Source of the DNA: a virus
Taxonomy: Duplodnaviria > Caudoviricetes
Virus record (IMG/VR): IMGVR_UViG_2814123430_000001
Coordinates: 691 to 64,690 of that record
Length of the DNA stretch: 64,000 nucleotides
Direction: 5' to 3' (one strand)
A program made the translations under genes and the position numbers. Every line of letters starts with the position of its first letter. The stretch's first letter is position 1. This document shows, in pieces, positions 55,710 through 64,000 of this stretch. Below the pieces are notes generated by a model, which was given only the letters and a program-made list of their open reading frames with translations, was not told the DNA's origin and searched no databases.

Positions 55710-57829
55710 AGCCACCCACCTTTTTTCTTGCTTACGCCACCGTTTAACCAATTACTTTTTGTTTTGGGTTTCGGTTGCGGTTTTACTTGTTCAATTTCTA
55801 CCGCACTTTCTGTTTCTTCTTCCGGTGCAGTTATCTCTTTTCGGATTACATCAGGATTTAATCCAGGTAGTTTTGCCCAGTATGGGACATTGTCCTCATC
55901 GCCCCACTTAATACGTTCATAACCACGCAAAATAGCGATCGCATGGGTATAGCAAAATAAGTCAAACGCCTCATTGTTGCCCTTACCTGGTTTACGCCAT
56001 TTGCCGTCTTGTCCGCGCTCCTCATAAGTCAGCTCATCAAAAAACCATTCGCCTAACCATGATGGGAAGTGAATGTAATTGGCACCAACAGTCTCTCGAC
56101 TCAGTGCATTACTAATGCGATCTTTGAATTGATCTGTTTGGAGTAAATACAACGGTACATCACCGCGTGCTTTAGCATGACGATCTGACCGTGAGGTATT
56201 ATCAGGATAGGTGCGAGAAATCAGTTTCTGTCGTTTGGTACTATCACCTTTAACGAGATACACTCGTTTTGATATGCCATCACGCTTACATCTACGCCAA
56301 AACTTATAGGCGTTATCTGTTACACCGTCCTCACCGCCGCTATCCACAGCCATTGCAAGGATTGGCATAAACCCACCGTCTAACCCCTCAATGCGATATT
56401 GCTTATTAAGCACATCACTAATGAGTAAATCCCAGTCCTCAGGGTAGGCGGACGGATCAATTGGTAGGCTTTCCCCCTCTGAATTGCTCCGCATTGATGA
56501 TTTAATGTTGTATCTATCAATGAGCCACCGTTCGCTGTTTTCACCATAGCCCACAATTTGGACGACAAAACGGCGATTCCGCCCACCCTGTACGTCAACC
56601 GCAGCCAATAAAAAACGGCACCCATAAGGTACCGTTCTTTTTTCTGTATCTTCTCGCCGCTCCATCAACTCATCACTTCGGCGTTGCTCAAGTGCGGAGC
56701 GTGGTAAATAAGGCAATCCCCAGTCTGTATTTGTTACTGCCTTTAGCGTTTCTTCACTGCCTGTCATTTCAAATTCATGTTCGGCAGTGAGCAATTTATA
56801 AGTTAATTGAGCCCATGTTTGGTAAGCGGCTGCAGGGCCTTCCAGCCAAAATGATGCAATACGAGAGTTTCTTCCCTCGCCATGGATTACACCGTCTTTA
56901 TCTATCGTTTGGCCCTCTTTTAACCACTTGCCGCCAATGTTTAATGCGCGTTTCTTGTCAGGATCTACGAGAGATTGACAATGCGGGCATTGTAAACGAG
57001 CGTTTTCGCTTGCCTTAACATAGTCGGTATCATCTCGATACCCCACCATATTTGCCATTGATGGCTCAAACCATTCTTTGCAATGTGGACATTGCCAATA
57101 AAATCTGCGTCTATCGCCGCGATTATATAAAGATAAAATTCCAGTTGTTGGCGGTGCCTCGTGAGTAGTTTTTGGATGATGTTTTATATCAACAATATCC
57201 TTGCCTGGCGAACTCTCTACAAGTGTCATACCGGCACTCATAAATGTAGTCGTCCGTTTGGATGCTAAACTAAATCCATCCCCCTCGCCGTCCACATCAT
57301 CGGGCCATCGGTCGTAATCTGTTAACGCAACGTATTTGTAATCTGATGATGACAATACGTTGATTGACGGCCAACCAATCTTTAATAAATTACCTGCCCT
57401 AAAATATTTATCGTGGACATTGTTATCGTTTTTACGCGGGCTTAATCTTTTTGCAATCTCAGGCGAGCATCTAAAAGTGCGGTCTAAACGTTTACGACTA
57501 TGCTCACTGGCTTTCTCTTGTGTAAGTTGCACCAAGAGGAAATCAGACGGATCGCAAATAATCGCATAAGTAATCCAGCCATCAATCAATCCGATTGTTT
57601 TACCTGTACGAGCTGGCCCAACAAAAATTACTGCGTCATACTCACGAGAGTTTAGGCAGTCCATCGGATCTAACATATATGCAGCAGTATCTTTATCCCA
57701 TTTAACAGAGTTCCCCCCACCAACTGGCACACGCATATATTCCGCTACGGCTTCCGATACTTTCATTCGGCGAGGCGGTTTAAGTAGATTTGCAATATCT
57801 CGCCTAATATCTTTAGCTGATGCAAACAT
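55706..57829 (-). CDS. Terminase large subunit, lambda gpA family
   Basis: GPARTGKT, LTDYDR, CPHC zinc motifs, NEAFDL. Confidence 0.94.
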   Translation of the reverse strand: MFASAKDIRRDIANLLKPPRRMKVSEAVAEYMRVPVGGGNSVKWDKDTAAYMLDPMDCLNSREYDAVIFVGPARTGKTIGLIDGWITYAIICDPSDFLLVQLTQEKASEHSRKRLDRTFRCSPEIAKRLSPRKNDNNVHDKYFRAGNLLKIGWPSINVLSSSDYKYVALTDYDRWPDDVDGEGDGFSLASKRTTTFMSAGMTLVESSPGKDIVDIKHHPKTTHEAPPTTGILSLYNRGDRRRFYWQCPHCKEWFEPSMANMVGYRDDTDYVKASENARLQCPHCQSLVDPDKKRALNIGGKWLKEGQTIDKDGVIHGEGRNSRIASFWLEGPAAAYQTWAQLTYKLLTAEHEFEMTGSEETLKAVTNTDWGLPYLPRSALEQRRSDELMERREDTEKRTVPYGCRFLLAAVDVQGGRNRRFVVQIVGYGENSERWLIDRYNIKSSMRSNSEGESLPIDPSAYPEDWDLLISDVLNKQYRIEGLDGGFMPILAMAVDSGGEDGVTDNAYKFWRRCKRDGISKRVYLVKGDSTKRQKLISRTYPDNTSRSDRHAKARGDVPLYLLQTDQFKDRISNALSRETVGANYIHFPSWLGEWFFDELTYEERGQDGKWRKPGKGNNEAFDLFCYTHAIAILRGYERIKWGDEDNVPYWAKLPGLNPDVIRKEITAPEEETESAVEIEQVKPQPKPKTKSNWLNGGVSKKKGGWL

Positions 57830-57831
57830 GG

Positions 57832-58305
57832 CTACTCCTCTGATTTATTATCGCCAGCCTGTATGCGCGATGACATTTGCAATTTAATATCATCAATTAC
57901 CTGCATTACACGGATTAATTGCGATGGATTTAATCCACAATCACGCTCTAAAATATCTGGCAATGTATCAAGTGGCTGCACTACTGATTTTGCTAAAAAG
58001 CTCATCTCTTGAGCAACTTCAAACGCCAGTACTAATTCCCCTGTGTCTCGCTCATATTTAAGTCTTTCATTTTCCGCCTGCCAAAATGCCCGTCTCTCAA
58101 CAGGTGACAAGCTATCAACATCTGCCGTCATTTTTTCGGCAAGCCCGATTTTGATTAAATCAGATAGTGCATAGAGCTTTAATTTGGAATTACTGCCAAT
58201 AGCTGGCGTTAGTCCTGCAAGCCTTTGTGACACGGTTTGCCGATGCATTCCGACCAGTTCGGCGATCTGATTTATATTGAGTTTTAAGTCGTATAAATTA
58301 TCCAT
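57832..58305 (-). CDS. Terminase small subunit (Nu1/DUF1441-like)
   Basis: N-terminal HTH NINQIAELVGMHRQTV; start at MDNLY. Confidence 0.88.
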   Translation of the reverse strand: MDNLYDLKLNINQIAELVGMHRQTVSQRLAGLTPAIGSNSKLKLYALSDLIKIGLAEKMTADVDSLSPVERRAFWQAENERLKYERDTGELVLAFEVAQEMSFLAKSVVQPLDTLPDILERDCGLNPSQLIRVMQVIDDIKLQMSSRIQAGDNKSEE

Positions 58306-58369
58306 AGCCGAGACCGTTAAAATGCCCAAAAAAGGAAAAAGATGATGATGCCTAAGATGTCAAAAAACT

Positions 58370-58425
58370 GTCGAAAACCGCGCGCCCGAAACCCCGTGGA
58401 AAGGGGTATCCCCTCAGGAGTACCT
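58370..58425 (-). other. Putative cos site
   Basis: GGGCGCGCGGTTTTCG resembles lambda cosN right flank (CGCGGGTTTTCG); between lysis genes and small terminase. Confidence 0.55.
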
Positions 58426-58470
58426 TTTAATCTTTAAAATCAAGCCTTTTAAATAAAAAAAGACCGCACT

Positions 58471-58743
58471 TTATTTGGCGGCCTTAGTTTGATTAATCCA
58501 CTTATTAATGTTTGTAATTTGGCTAGCACACATATCACGCTCACCTTGCACTATGATTAAGTGTTCTACCGCCTCACCGTATGTACTGCCGGTAAATGGA
58601 GTTTTTACACAAGGCGTCAAGAAAGCTTGAGGCGGATAGATATACTCCGTCTTTGTTGTTACTTTGTTAGTGCAACCGCTCAATAGCATCGTCATAGATG
58701 CGAGTGTTATAACAAGGCTGTGATTTAATAATCTTTCTGACAA
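58471..58743 (-). CDS. Rz1-like outer-membrane spanin lipoprotein (start uncertain)
   Basis: Lipobox LLSGC, YPPQAFLTPC; overlaps Rz in another frame. Confidence 0.75.
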   Translation of the reverse strand: MSERLLNHSLVITLASMTMLLSGCTNKVTTKTEYIYPPQAFLTPCVKTPFTGSTYGEAVEHLIIVQGERDMCASQITNINKWINQTKAAK

Positions 58744-58999
58744 CTTGCACTTTGTCTTGTGTTGTTTGTTTAATCTCATCGTTAATAACTCTCTGCTGTT
58801 CCACCGCTTGGCGCTCTGCCTCAATCGTATCTTTTAGCGATTGATTGACTTGCTCTTGGCTTTTAATGGTTTGGGCTTGCACTTGGTTTTCGGCTCTTAA
58901 CTCATCTATATTCTTTGATTGGTGCCAAATCCAACCGCACAAGCCCAAAATGGTTAATGCGATGATTGCTATTGCGTAGATTTTAAATCTGCTAAACAT
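58667..58999 (-). CDS. Rz-like inner-membrane spanin
   Basis: N-terminal TM, coiled coil, C-terminal Cys. Confidence 0.8.
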   Translation of the reverse strand: MFSRFKIYAIAIIALTILGLCGWIWHQSKNIDELRAENQVQAQTIKSQEQVNQSLKDTIEAERQAVEQQRVINDEIKQTTQDKVQVVRKIIKSQPCYNTRIYDDAIERLH

Positions 59000-59517
59000 A
59001 ACGCTCTTTCCTTTTCTCTGCGTTTAATTAAGCCTTGTAACTTTCGCCCGTCAGCATAAACCCAACGAGAAAGCTGATTGCATCCGTCAATATACTTACC
59101 ACTCCGCATTAAACGAAACATTGTTGAGTTTTTGAGATTACCGCATCCGTTATTAAACGTAACAGATACCATAGCATCAAACACAGATTGTGGTAATGTT
59201 CTGCCATTGGCGTATCTATCAACGCACGATTCGGCAAGTTTAATATCGTTTTTCCATCGGTATGCGATTTCTTCATTTGTGTATTTCTTGCCAGGCTCTA
59301 TCTTTTGTCCTGAGTATTCTGTTGAGCCAATACCAACAGTTAACACATCAGCGGGGCATTTATATGGAGTTGCCATACAACCCTCTGCGTTACCGATTAT
59401 TTCCGCTCCAGCTGGGCTTAATCTTAATTCGCTGCCAAATTGAGAGTACATAATCCCAATAACTGCAACAACAGAGCAAGCGCCTAGTGCCTTTCTAGTC
59501 TTCCCCAACACCATCAT
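58969..59517 (-). CDS. SAR endolysin (lysozyme, P1 Lyz type)
   Basis: Weakly hydrophobic N-terminus with Cys; GNAEGC..PYKCPA.V.T.GIGST with E-C-T triad. Confidence 0.9.
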   Translation of the reverse strand: MMVLGKTRKALGACSVVAVIGIMYSQFGSELRLSPAGAEIIGNAEGCMATPYKCPADVLTVGIGSTEYSGQKIEPGKKYTNEEIAYRWKNDIKLAESCVDRYANGRTLPQSVFDAMVSVTFNNGCGNLKNSTMFRLMRSGKYIDGCNQLSRWVYADGRKLQGLIKRREKERALCLADLKSTQ

Positions 59518-59752
59518 CAAGCCCCCGCTCTAATCGTTTCATCCTTGCCTTGTGTATTTCTTCTGCTCTGCGCTCTTCGTTTTCTCTTGCTTTGCCCTCT
59601 TGGCATTTGGCGTACATATTAACGAGACCACTGATTAAACCGATGATTAAACCAAAAATAGCCAGCCATTCTTGGAATGAATACATCGCCCAGAATGCGC
59701 CAAAGCCAGACCAAAAAATACTTTGATTCCCTGCGTCTTTTAACATTCTCAT
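59495..59752 (-). CDS. Holin with Met-Arg-Met dual start
   Basis: Hydrophobic segments plus charged C-terminus; ATG at 59752 and 59746. Confidence 0.8.
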   Translation of the reverse strand: MRMLKDAGNQSIFWSGFGAFWAMYSFQEWLAIFGLIIGLISGLVNMYAKCQEGKARENEERRAEEIHKARMKRLERGLDDGVGED

Positions 59753-59823
59753 ACTCCACCTCGCTGTTTGTTTGCGGGGCAATAAAAAAGCTCACGTTTA
59801 TTGTGTGAGCTTGGTGTTTGGAT

Positions 59824-59856
59824 AATAAAAAACCCCGACCGTTTCCGATCAGGGCT
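59824..59856 (-). terminator. tR'-like terminator
   Basis: GCCCTGATCGG-AAA-CGGTCGGGG plus T-tract; a second hairpin lies at about 59784-59812. Confidence 0.65.
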
Positions 59857-59901
59857 ATAAAATTTACTTATTGCGTTTGCTATGCGCTAAAACCGCAACT
59901 T

Positions 59902-59937
59902 ATACTATATACTACAATTTTACTTGCAAGCTGTCAA
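59902..59937 (-). promoter_or_regulatory. Late promoter pR' with promoter-proximal pause element
   Basis: TTGACA-17 bp-TAGTAT, then a second TAGTAT at about +1 to +6. Confidence 0.8.
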
Positions 59938-59991
59938 CAAAATAATTCAAAAAATAAATTAAAAAATTTTTAATTTTTTTTAAAAAAGATA

Positions 59992-60027
59992 TTGACATAA
60001 CCATTCTTGAGCCTTATAATAGGCTCA
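59992..60027 (+). promoter_or_regulatory. Perfect consensus sigma70 promoter with palindromic operator
   Basis: TTGACA-17 bp-TATAAT; TGAGCCT/AGGCTCA arms flank the -10 box. Confidence 0.9.
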
Positions 60028-60082
60028 TCTAAACAAGAGATGGCTATGGAGCCGCTAACTAATAAGCCTAAAGGAGGCGATT

Positions 60083-60385
60083 ATGAAAAACTTAAACCAA
60101 CAACTAAACCACCTAACCCCATCAGCAGATTGGATTACAACTAAATTGCAAGATGCGTATGATAACTTAAACCAACAATTAAATATTGTGGTTGATGATA
60201 AAAACGGATTTTTTGCAGTTGCGATAGCATACCAACAAGCCTGCGACCAAAAACCAGAAGTTGCTGACAAGATGCAACGTATAGCAAGTTTAATTGTAAA
60301 ACGAGCTAACCAAATCGAAAAAAGACGTAAAGCGCTAATCAATAGCTTAACTATAACCGAACAAGAACAATTAATCATCGCTTAA
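60083..60385 (+). CDS. Hypothetical 100-aa protein (candidate anti-CRISPR)
   Basis: AAGGAGG SD; first gene after strong promoter; no recognised family. Confidence 0.7.
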   Translation: MKNLNQQLNHLTPSADWITTKLQDAYDNLNQQLNIVVDDKNGFFAVAIAYQQACDQKPEVADKMQRIASLIVKRANQIEKRRKALINSLTITEQEQLIIA

Positions 60386-60444
60386 TAAATCAATACCCCA
60401 CTAAATTAAGTGGGGTTAATCTTACTCTATTGGAGACTCAAAAA

Positions 60445-60954
60445 ATGAATTACAAAGAAATCATGTATACTGTAGGTCAGCTTGTCCGCTGCGTTTATGG
60501 GGTTGATGTGCCAGTCAATGTACAAAATACCATTATCAGATTCCCGGCTAAAGGGATTGGCTTAATGAGTCAGCGCGGAGATATTATCAATACAGGTAAC
60601 CAAGATGAGGTTATGCGCCTAATGGATAAAATCCCGAGCGATTTAACCGACCCTAAAGACAAAATGGAGTTTGACGCTCAAGGTGCTTTTTGGTTAGGTT
60701 ACTATCATTACGCCAAGATAACAGATAATGTAGCAAACTATGGTGCTAACGAGTTAGCTGTAGTAGGCAATGCTCTATATGGCGATCAATGGCAAACTGC
60801 TTTATCTAGAGATCTTAATTTATCTAGCCCAAGACGTATGCGCGCTTGGATTTCTGGTGAGCGTAAAATCCCTACTGGTGTCTGGTTTGATATTATCTCG
60901 CTATTAAAAGCGAGACAGTTAAAAATTGAAGAGATTATTAAAAAACTAGCATAA
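60445..60954 (+). CDS. Cas11c/Cas8c-C-terminal-like domain fused to Aca-like HTH
   Basis: GGAG SD; QGAFWLGYYH motif at 60679-60708; C-terminal ALYGDQWQTALSRDL...RRMRAWISGERKIP HTH. Confidence 0.65.
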   Translation: MNYKEIMYTVGQLVRCVYGVDVPVNVQNTIIRFPAKGIGLMSQRGDIINTGNQDEVMRLMDKIPSDLTDPKDKMEFDAQGAFWLGYYHYAKITDNVANYGANELAVVGNALYGDQWQTALSRDLNLSSPRRMRAWISGERKIPTGVWFDIISLLKARQLKIEEIIKKLA

Positions 60955-60956
60955 AT

Positions 60957-60985
60957 AAAAATGGCGCTTTGATTGCGCCATTTTT
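60957..60985. terminator. Bidirectional terminator between moron and Q
   Basis: AAAATGGCGC-TTTGATT-GCGCCATTTT. Confidence 0.8.
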
Positions 60986-60986
60986 A

Positions 60987-61355
60987 TTATCCTAAAAACA
61001 TAAATTTTATTTTAGCAGCGACAAAAGCGCCTTTTAAAAATCTAATACCTTGCGCACGTTCTCTGTACATTTTAGCTGGTGAGATGTTAAGAGCATTGCA
61101 AATCTCTCTCTCGCTTGCTTGTTGTACGTATAAGCCCATTACTATTTGATATTGCAATAAGTTGTCATCGTGTAGGTTAATTATTTGAGTCTCTACTTTT
61201 AAACACTCATCATCGGTTAAAAACTTAATGTAGGCCTTTCTTGCTGTCGGTAGCACTGGGATTGAGATTGTTGTGCTTGGATATTCTGTGCCAATTCTGT
61301 CACGCCCCCAACAACTACCCCATTTTTCTAAAATTCGCTCAACGCTATAAGTCAT
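60987..61355 (-). CDS. Late antiterminator Q
   Basis: ILEKWGSCW...EICNALNIS.....RER..G..FL.G; upstream of pR'. Confidence 0.8.
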   Translation of the reverse strand: MTYSVERILEKWGSCWGRDRIGTEYPSTTISIPVLPTARKAYIKFLTDDECLKVETQIINLHDDNLLQYQIVMGLYVQQASEREICNALNISPAKMYRERAQGIRFLKGAFVAAKIKFMFLG

Positions 61356-61707
61356 TTACCACCTCACTAATCGACACTAAAACCTTTCCACCCTTGACTA
61401 CACATTTGCGTACAATTCGCAAATCATCAATAACACTATCGTCCACCAACACGCCAGCTTTCACTAACGCATCTAATAATGATTTAAAAAGATTATCCAA
61501 ATCACGCATTCTTCTATCCGGCATAAATGCTTCCACCACCACTGCAGCACGAATACCCGCTGGAAATCTTGCTGAGCGTCTAGTCATCCACGCAACCTGT
61601 GCAGCATAAGCACGTCCTTTTGCGCTAATTAATGTTTTCCCATTTACTCTGCGCCAGTAAGTATTAACCGAAGGTGGGAATGGTAGTTCAAGTGTTATCG
61701 TTGTCAT
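61345..61707 (-). CDS. rusA: Holliday junction resolvase RusA
   Basis: LPFPPSVNTYWR, DRRMRDLDN..K..LDAL..AG...DDS. Confidence 0.93.
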   Translation of the reverse strand: MTTITLELPFPPSVNTYWRRVNGKTLISAKGRAYAAQVAWMTRRSARFPAGIRAAVVVEAFMPDRRMRDLDNLFKSLLDALVKAGVLVDDSVIDDLRIVRKCVVKGGKVLVSISEVVNDL

Positions 61708-61752
61708 AGAAATCTCACTTTAAAAAAGACCGCACTTTTGATTGTTAAACTA

Positions 61753-62745
61753 TTAATCAATCACTAATGCACCAATCTTGATGGAGTATAAAAAGAACTT
61801 ATGCCAAAGCTCTATTTGTGAACCATACTTTTCTTCAAAGGCTTTTACATTTTGATGTAATTCATTGTGATGAATTCGGCAAAGCGGAATACAATCCAAA
61901 TCATCTGCTTTACTTCCCATCACACCATTACCATGGCCAATTAAATGATGTGGATCATCTGCTTGTTTACCACAACATACACAAGGCTGAGTTTTTACCC
62001 AACGTAACCATTTTTCAGAACGGATATATTGTGGCTTTGGTCTTGCCATATATTGAAGTGGAGGATCATCATCAGCTTTTAAATTTAAAATAGCTTTATC
62101 TAAACGGTCCATGTGATAAATAAGAGGATCTTCAAAACGAGTAGAACTTTCTTTATTGTCTCGTTCGTAATTTTTAACACTAAAAACCTTTCTTAATAAC
62201 ACATCACTTAATAAACGTTGAAGTCCATTCTTAAAACAATACAGTACTAAATCTGATTCCGTTAAAGGGCGGGCATGCTTTAAATCCACTTGGATTTTTG
62301 CAATGATTGCTTGCTCTATATTTTGTTCCACCACCAACGATGCTTTTTCTGCATCGTAGTTTCCCTTGCGCATTTCTGTATCATGGTGCCAACAAGTTCT
62401 AATAAAACCGTCTAAGTGCGGAGTAATTGTTAATTCTTTATGGCAGTATTCACCATCACTCAACTGACAATGCTTAATACTGGCCACAAAATTCATCAAC
62501 GCTTTTTTTGTAAGTAATTTTGACCGCACTTCCTTATTTTTTAAGAAATCCACCACCAACGGTGGAAATTCTTCACTAATAGCTCCTTGCCAATTAACTA
62601 CACCAGATTCCTTATGTTGTAATTCAGTAGGCTCTGGCATTAACACCATTCTCTTCGTCATTACTTGTGCAGCATTGCGCGGAATTCTAAACATCATTAA
62701 ACCAAGGTCTGATTGTTTATATGGTGTTAATAACAATACTTGCAT
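61753..62745 (-). CDS. DUF968 (YdfU) family protein
   Basis: WLRWVKTQPCVCCG..ADDPHHLIGHG...PLCR.HH.ELH. Confidence 0.88.
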   Translation of the reverse strand: MQVLLLTPYKQSDLGLMMFRIPRNAAQVMTKRMVLMPEPTELQHKESGVVNWQGAISEEFPPLVVDFLKNKEVRSKLLTKKALMNFVASIKHCQLSDGEYCHKELTITPHLDGFIRTCWHHDTEMRKGNYDAEKASLVVEQNIEQAIIAKIQVDLKHARPLTESDLVLYCFKNGLQRLLSDVLLRKVFSVKNYERDNKESSTRFEDPLIYHMDRLDKAILNLKADDDPPLQYMARPKPQYIRSEKWLRWVKTQPCVCCGKQADDPHHLIGHGNGVMGSKADDLDCIPLCRIHHNELHQNVKAFEEKYGSQIELWHKFFLYSIKIGALVID

Positions 62746-63374
62746 TAATGCCCCCGCAACGATCCTTTAATGCTTGCAATGATCTCTGCTTGACGTGTTT
62801 TTGAAACTGGCATTGATGTCGCTTGCGATGGTAACTGTTTTGTTGGCTCCGGTAATACTTCACCATTTTTTAAACGATCAGCCATATTGCGTAATGCTTG
62901 TTTAATTTCTTTGCGCAACTGCTCTACTGACCAAGTGTATCGACGACAACGACAATACAAATCAGTGATCAACCAATATTCCACGGTAGAGTTGAATTTA
63001 AATTTATCTACATCAGCCATCCCGTAACGTTGGAAACTGGCTAAACGCTGTACTAATTCTTCTTCTGACGGTAAATCCATCGGAATTTTGCACCATTCGA
63101 TGAAATCAAACAGGTTTGGGAAATAATCATTTCTTGCTGCACGAACTCTTGCTAATCCACGCTCTAACATATCCACAGATAAAACATCATGGTTCACTAA
63201 CTCTTCAATCCAAATAAACTTCGCTTCTTCCAATGCTTCGTCTGTTGGGTAGTTATAGCGCCAACGGTTGCAGTAAGCACACAAGCGATTGAATAACTGA
63301 TTCACTAATTCTGAAACATGAGTATTTAAATCAACCCCTGAAACGCAATTTTCTTGTCTGATTGCCACGTTCAT
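62745..63374 (-). CDS. Replication protein P-like helicase loader
   Basis: W...............L..GLARVRA....YFP....FI.WC pattern; follows O. Confidence 0.8.
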   Translation of the reverse strand: MNVAIRQENCVSGVDLNTHVSELVNQLFNRLCAYCNRWRYNYPTDEALEEAKFIWIEELVNHDVLSVDMLERGLARVRAARNDYFPNLFDFIEWCKIPMDLPSEEELVQRLASFQRYGMADVDKFKFNSTVEYWLITDLYCRCRRYTWSVEQLRKEIKQALRNMADRLKNGEVLPEPTKQLPSQATSMPVSKTRQAEIIASIKGSLRGH

Positions 63375-64000
63375 TTCAACATCCCCATTTTGCGTAGTTT
63401 TTCCGCTACTTGCGGATTACGAATTTGAATTTGTCTGCCCTTTGCCCAATCGGTGCTTTTGCTTGCCGGGTTTGGTGCACTGCCTTTCGGTTTTAACATC
63501 GTGCCATCAGCCATCACCCATGCACCGTCTCGCATTTCTGGTCTGCCCTTGTTATCCCAACGTTCTGAGCCGACAACATACTCACCGAAGTTTGTTGGAC
63601 GGAAAATCGTACTTGGTCGGAGATACTCAACCATTTTCGGATCACGGCCCCATTTCGACACGAGATAATCCACCACACGTTTACACACACCCAAATCAAA
63701 TTCAGCCAATCTAGCACCAATCGCTTGTTTTGTTTTGTCAGTGAGCTTGTAGCCTGTTGGTTTACGTTCGCCTTGTTCTTCAGCGAGATTCGCCAATGCC
63801 ATGTTCAAATAATCCAATACAACTTGCTCAGCTGGGGGGACTATAGGGGGGTTATTTATATTTGTTTTATTATTTGTTTTTGTAGGGTGGCGTTTTTCGC
63901 CACTGGTAGCGGTGGCGTTTTCCGCCACTGGTGTCGTGGCACTTTTCGCCACTGGTGGCGCTTTTTGTAACTGGTGGCGTTTTTCGCCACTGGTAGCACT
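63371..64000 (-). CDS. Replication initiator O-like, 5' end outside window
   Basis: Frame open to the window edge; C-terminal KW..DPKM..YLRP.T.F...NF..Y domain. Confidence 0.85.
   Translation of the reverse strand, partial: SATSGEKRHQLQKAPPVAKSATTPVAENATATSGEKRHPTKTNNKTNINNPPIVPPAEQVVLDYLNMALANLAEEQGERKPTGYKLTDKTKQAIGARLAEFDLGVCKRVVDYLVSKWGRDPKMVEYLRPSTIFRPTNFGEYVVGSERWDNKGRPEMRDGAWVMADGTMLKPKGSAPNPASKSTDWAKGRQIQIRNPQVAEKLRKMGMLK
63887..63994. repeat. Iterons of phage replication origin
   Basis: Five copies of GTGGCG-TTTTT-CGCCACTGGT-like 21-mers (63887, 63912, 63936, 63955, 63974), next to an AT-rich tract at about 63851-63885. Confidence 0.8.

Noticed and set aside
20761-60027. Shared AGCCT/AGGCT palindromes at the W promoter and the moron promoter as one regulator's sites
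   Set aside because: Half-site spacing differs (10 versus 6 nt) and they lie in unrelated phages; likely coincidence
63887-63994. CRISPR array
   Set aside because: Spacers are only 0-4 nt and the repeats lie inside the replication initiator gene; these are iterons. No cas operon is in the window
1-64000. Integrase, att sites, CI/Cro, rRNA or host genes
   Set aside because: None seen; the lambdoid prophage continues past both window edges

Overview
The whole window is phage DNA in a Pasteurellaceae host; about 18 Haemophilus-type uptake sequences (AAGTGCGGT) were counted by eye. It holds two nested prophages. (1) A lambdoid, cos-type siphovirus prophage on the minus strand, with both ends outside the window: O/P-like replication genes with iterons, DUF968, RusA, Q, pR', holin, SAR endolysin, spanins, cos, terminase, portal, a ClpP-capsid fusion, and tail genes G/T, H, M, L, K, I, J. 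(2) A 34,908-bp, apparently complete Mu-like transposable prophage (13778-48685, TG...CA ends, 5-bp ATCTC target duplication). It has a P2-like contractile tail and split a P22-AR-type antirepressor gene of the lambdoid phage. The most interesting accessory elements are: a plus-strand moron between Q and the lysis genes with a perfect sigma70 promoter, a palindromic operator, a small ORF and a protein that looks like a Cas11c (Cas8c C-terminal) homologue fused to an Aca-like HTH, a candidate anti-CRISPR operon; a 76-nt cloverleaf RNA with its own promoter, converging on the stop codon of a MuF gene that carries a nuclease-like C-terminal extension and has no protein immunity gene; a P1-like C4 antisense-RNA module controlling an antirepressor; and a YafO-like toxin paired with a protein that has a signal-peptide-like N-terminus. 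Protein family assignments come from motif recognition only; no database searches were run.
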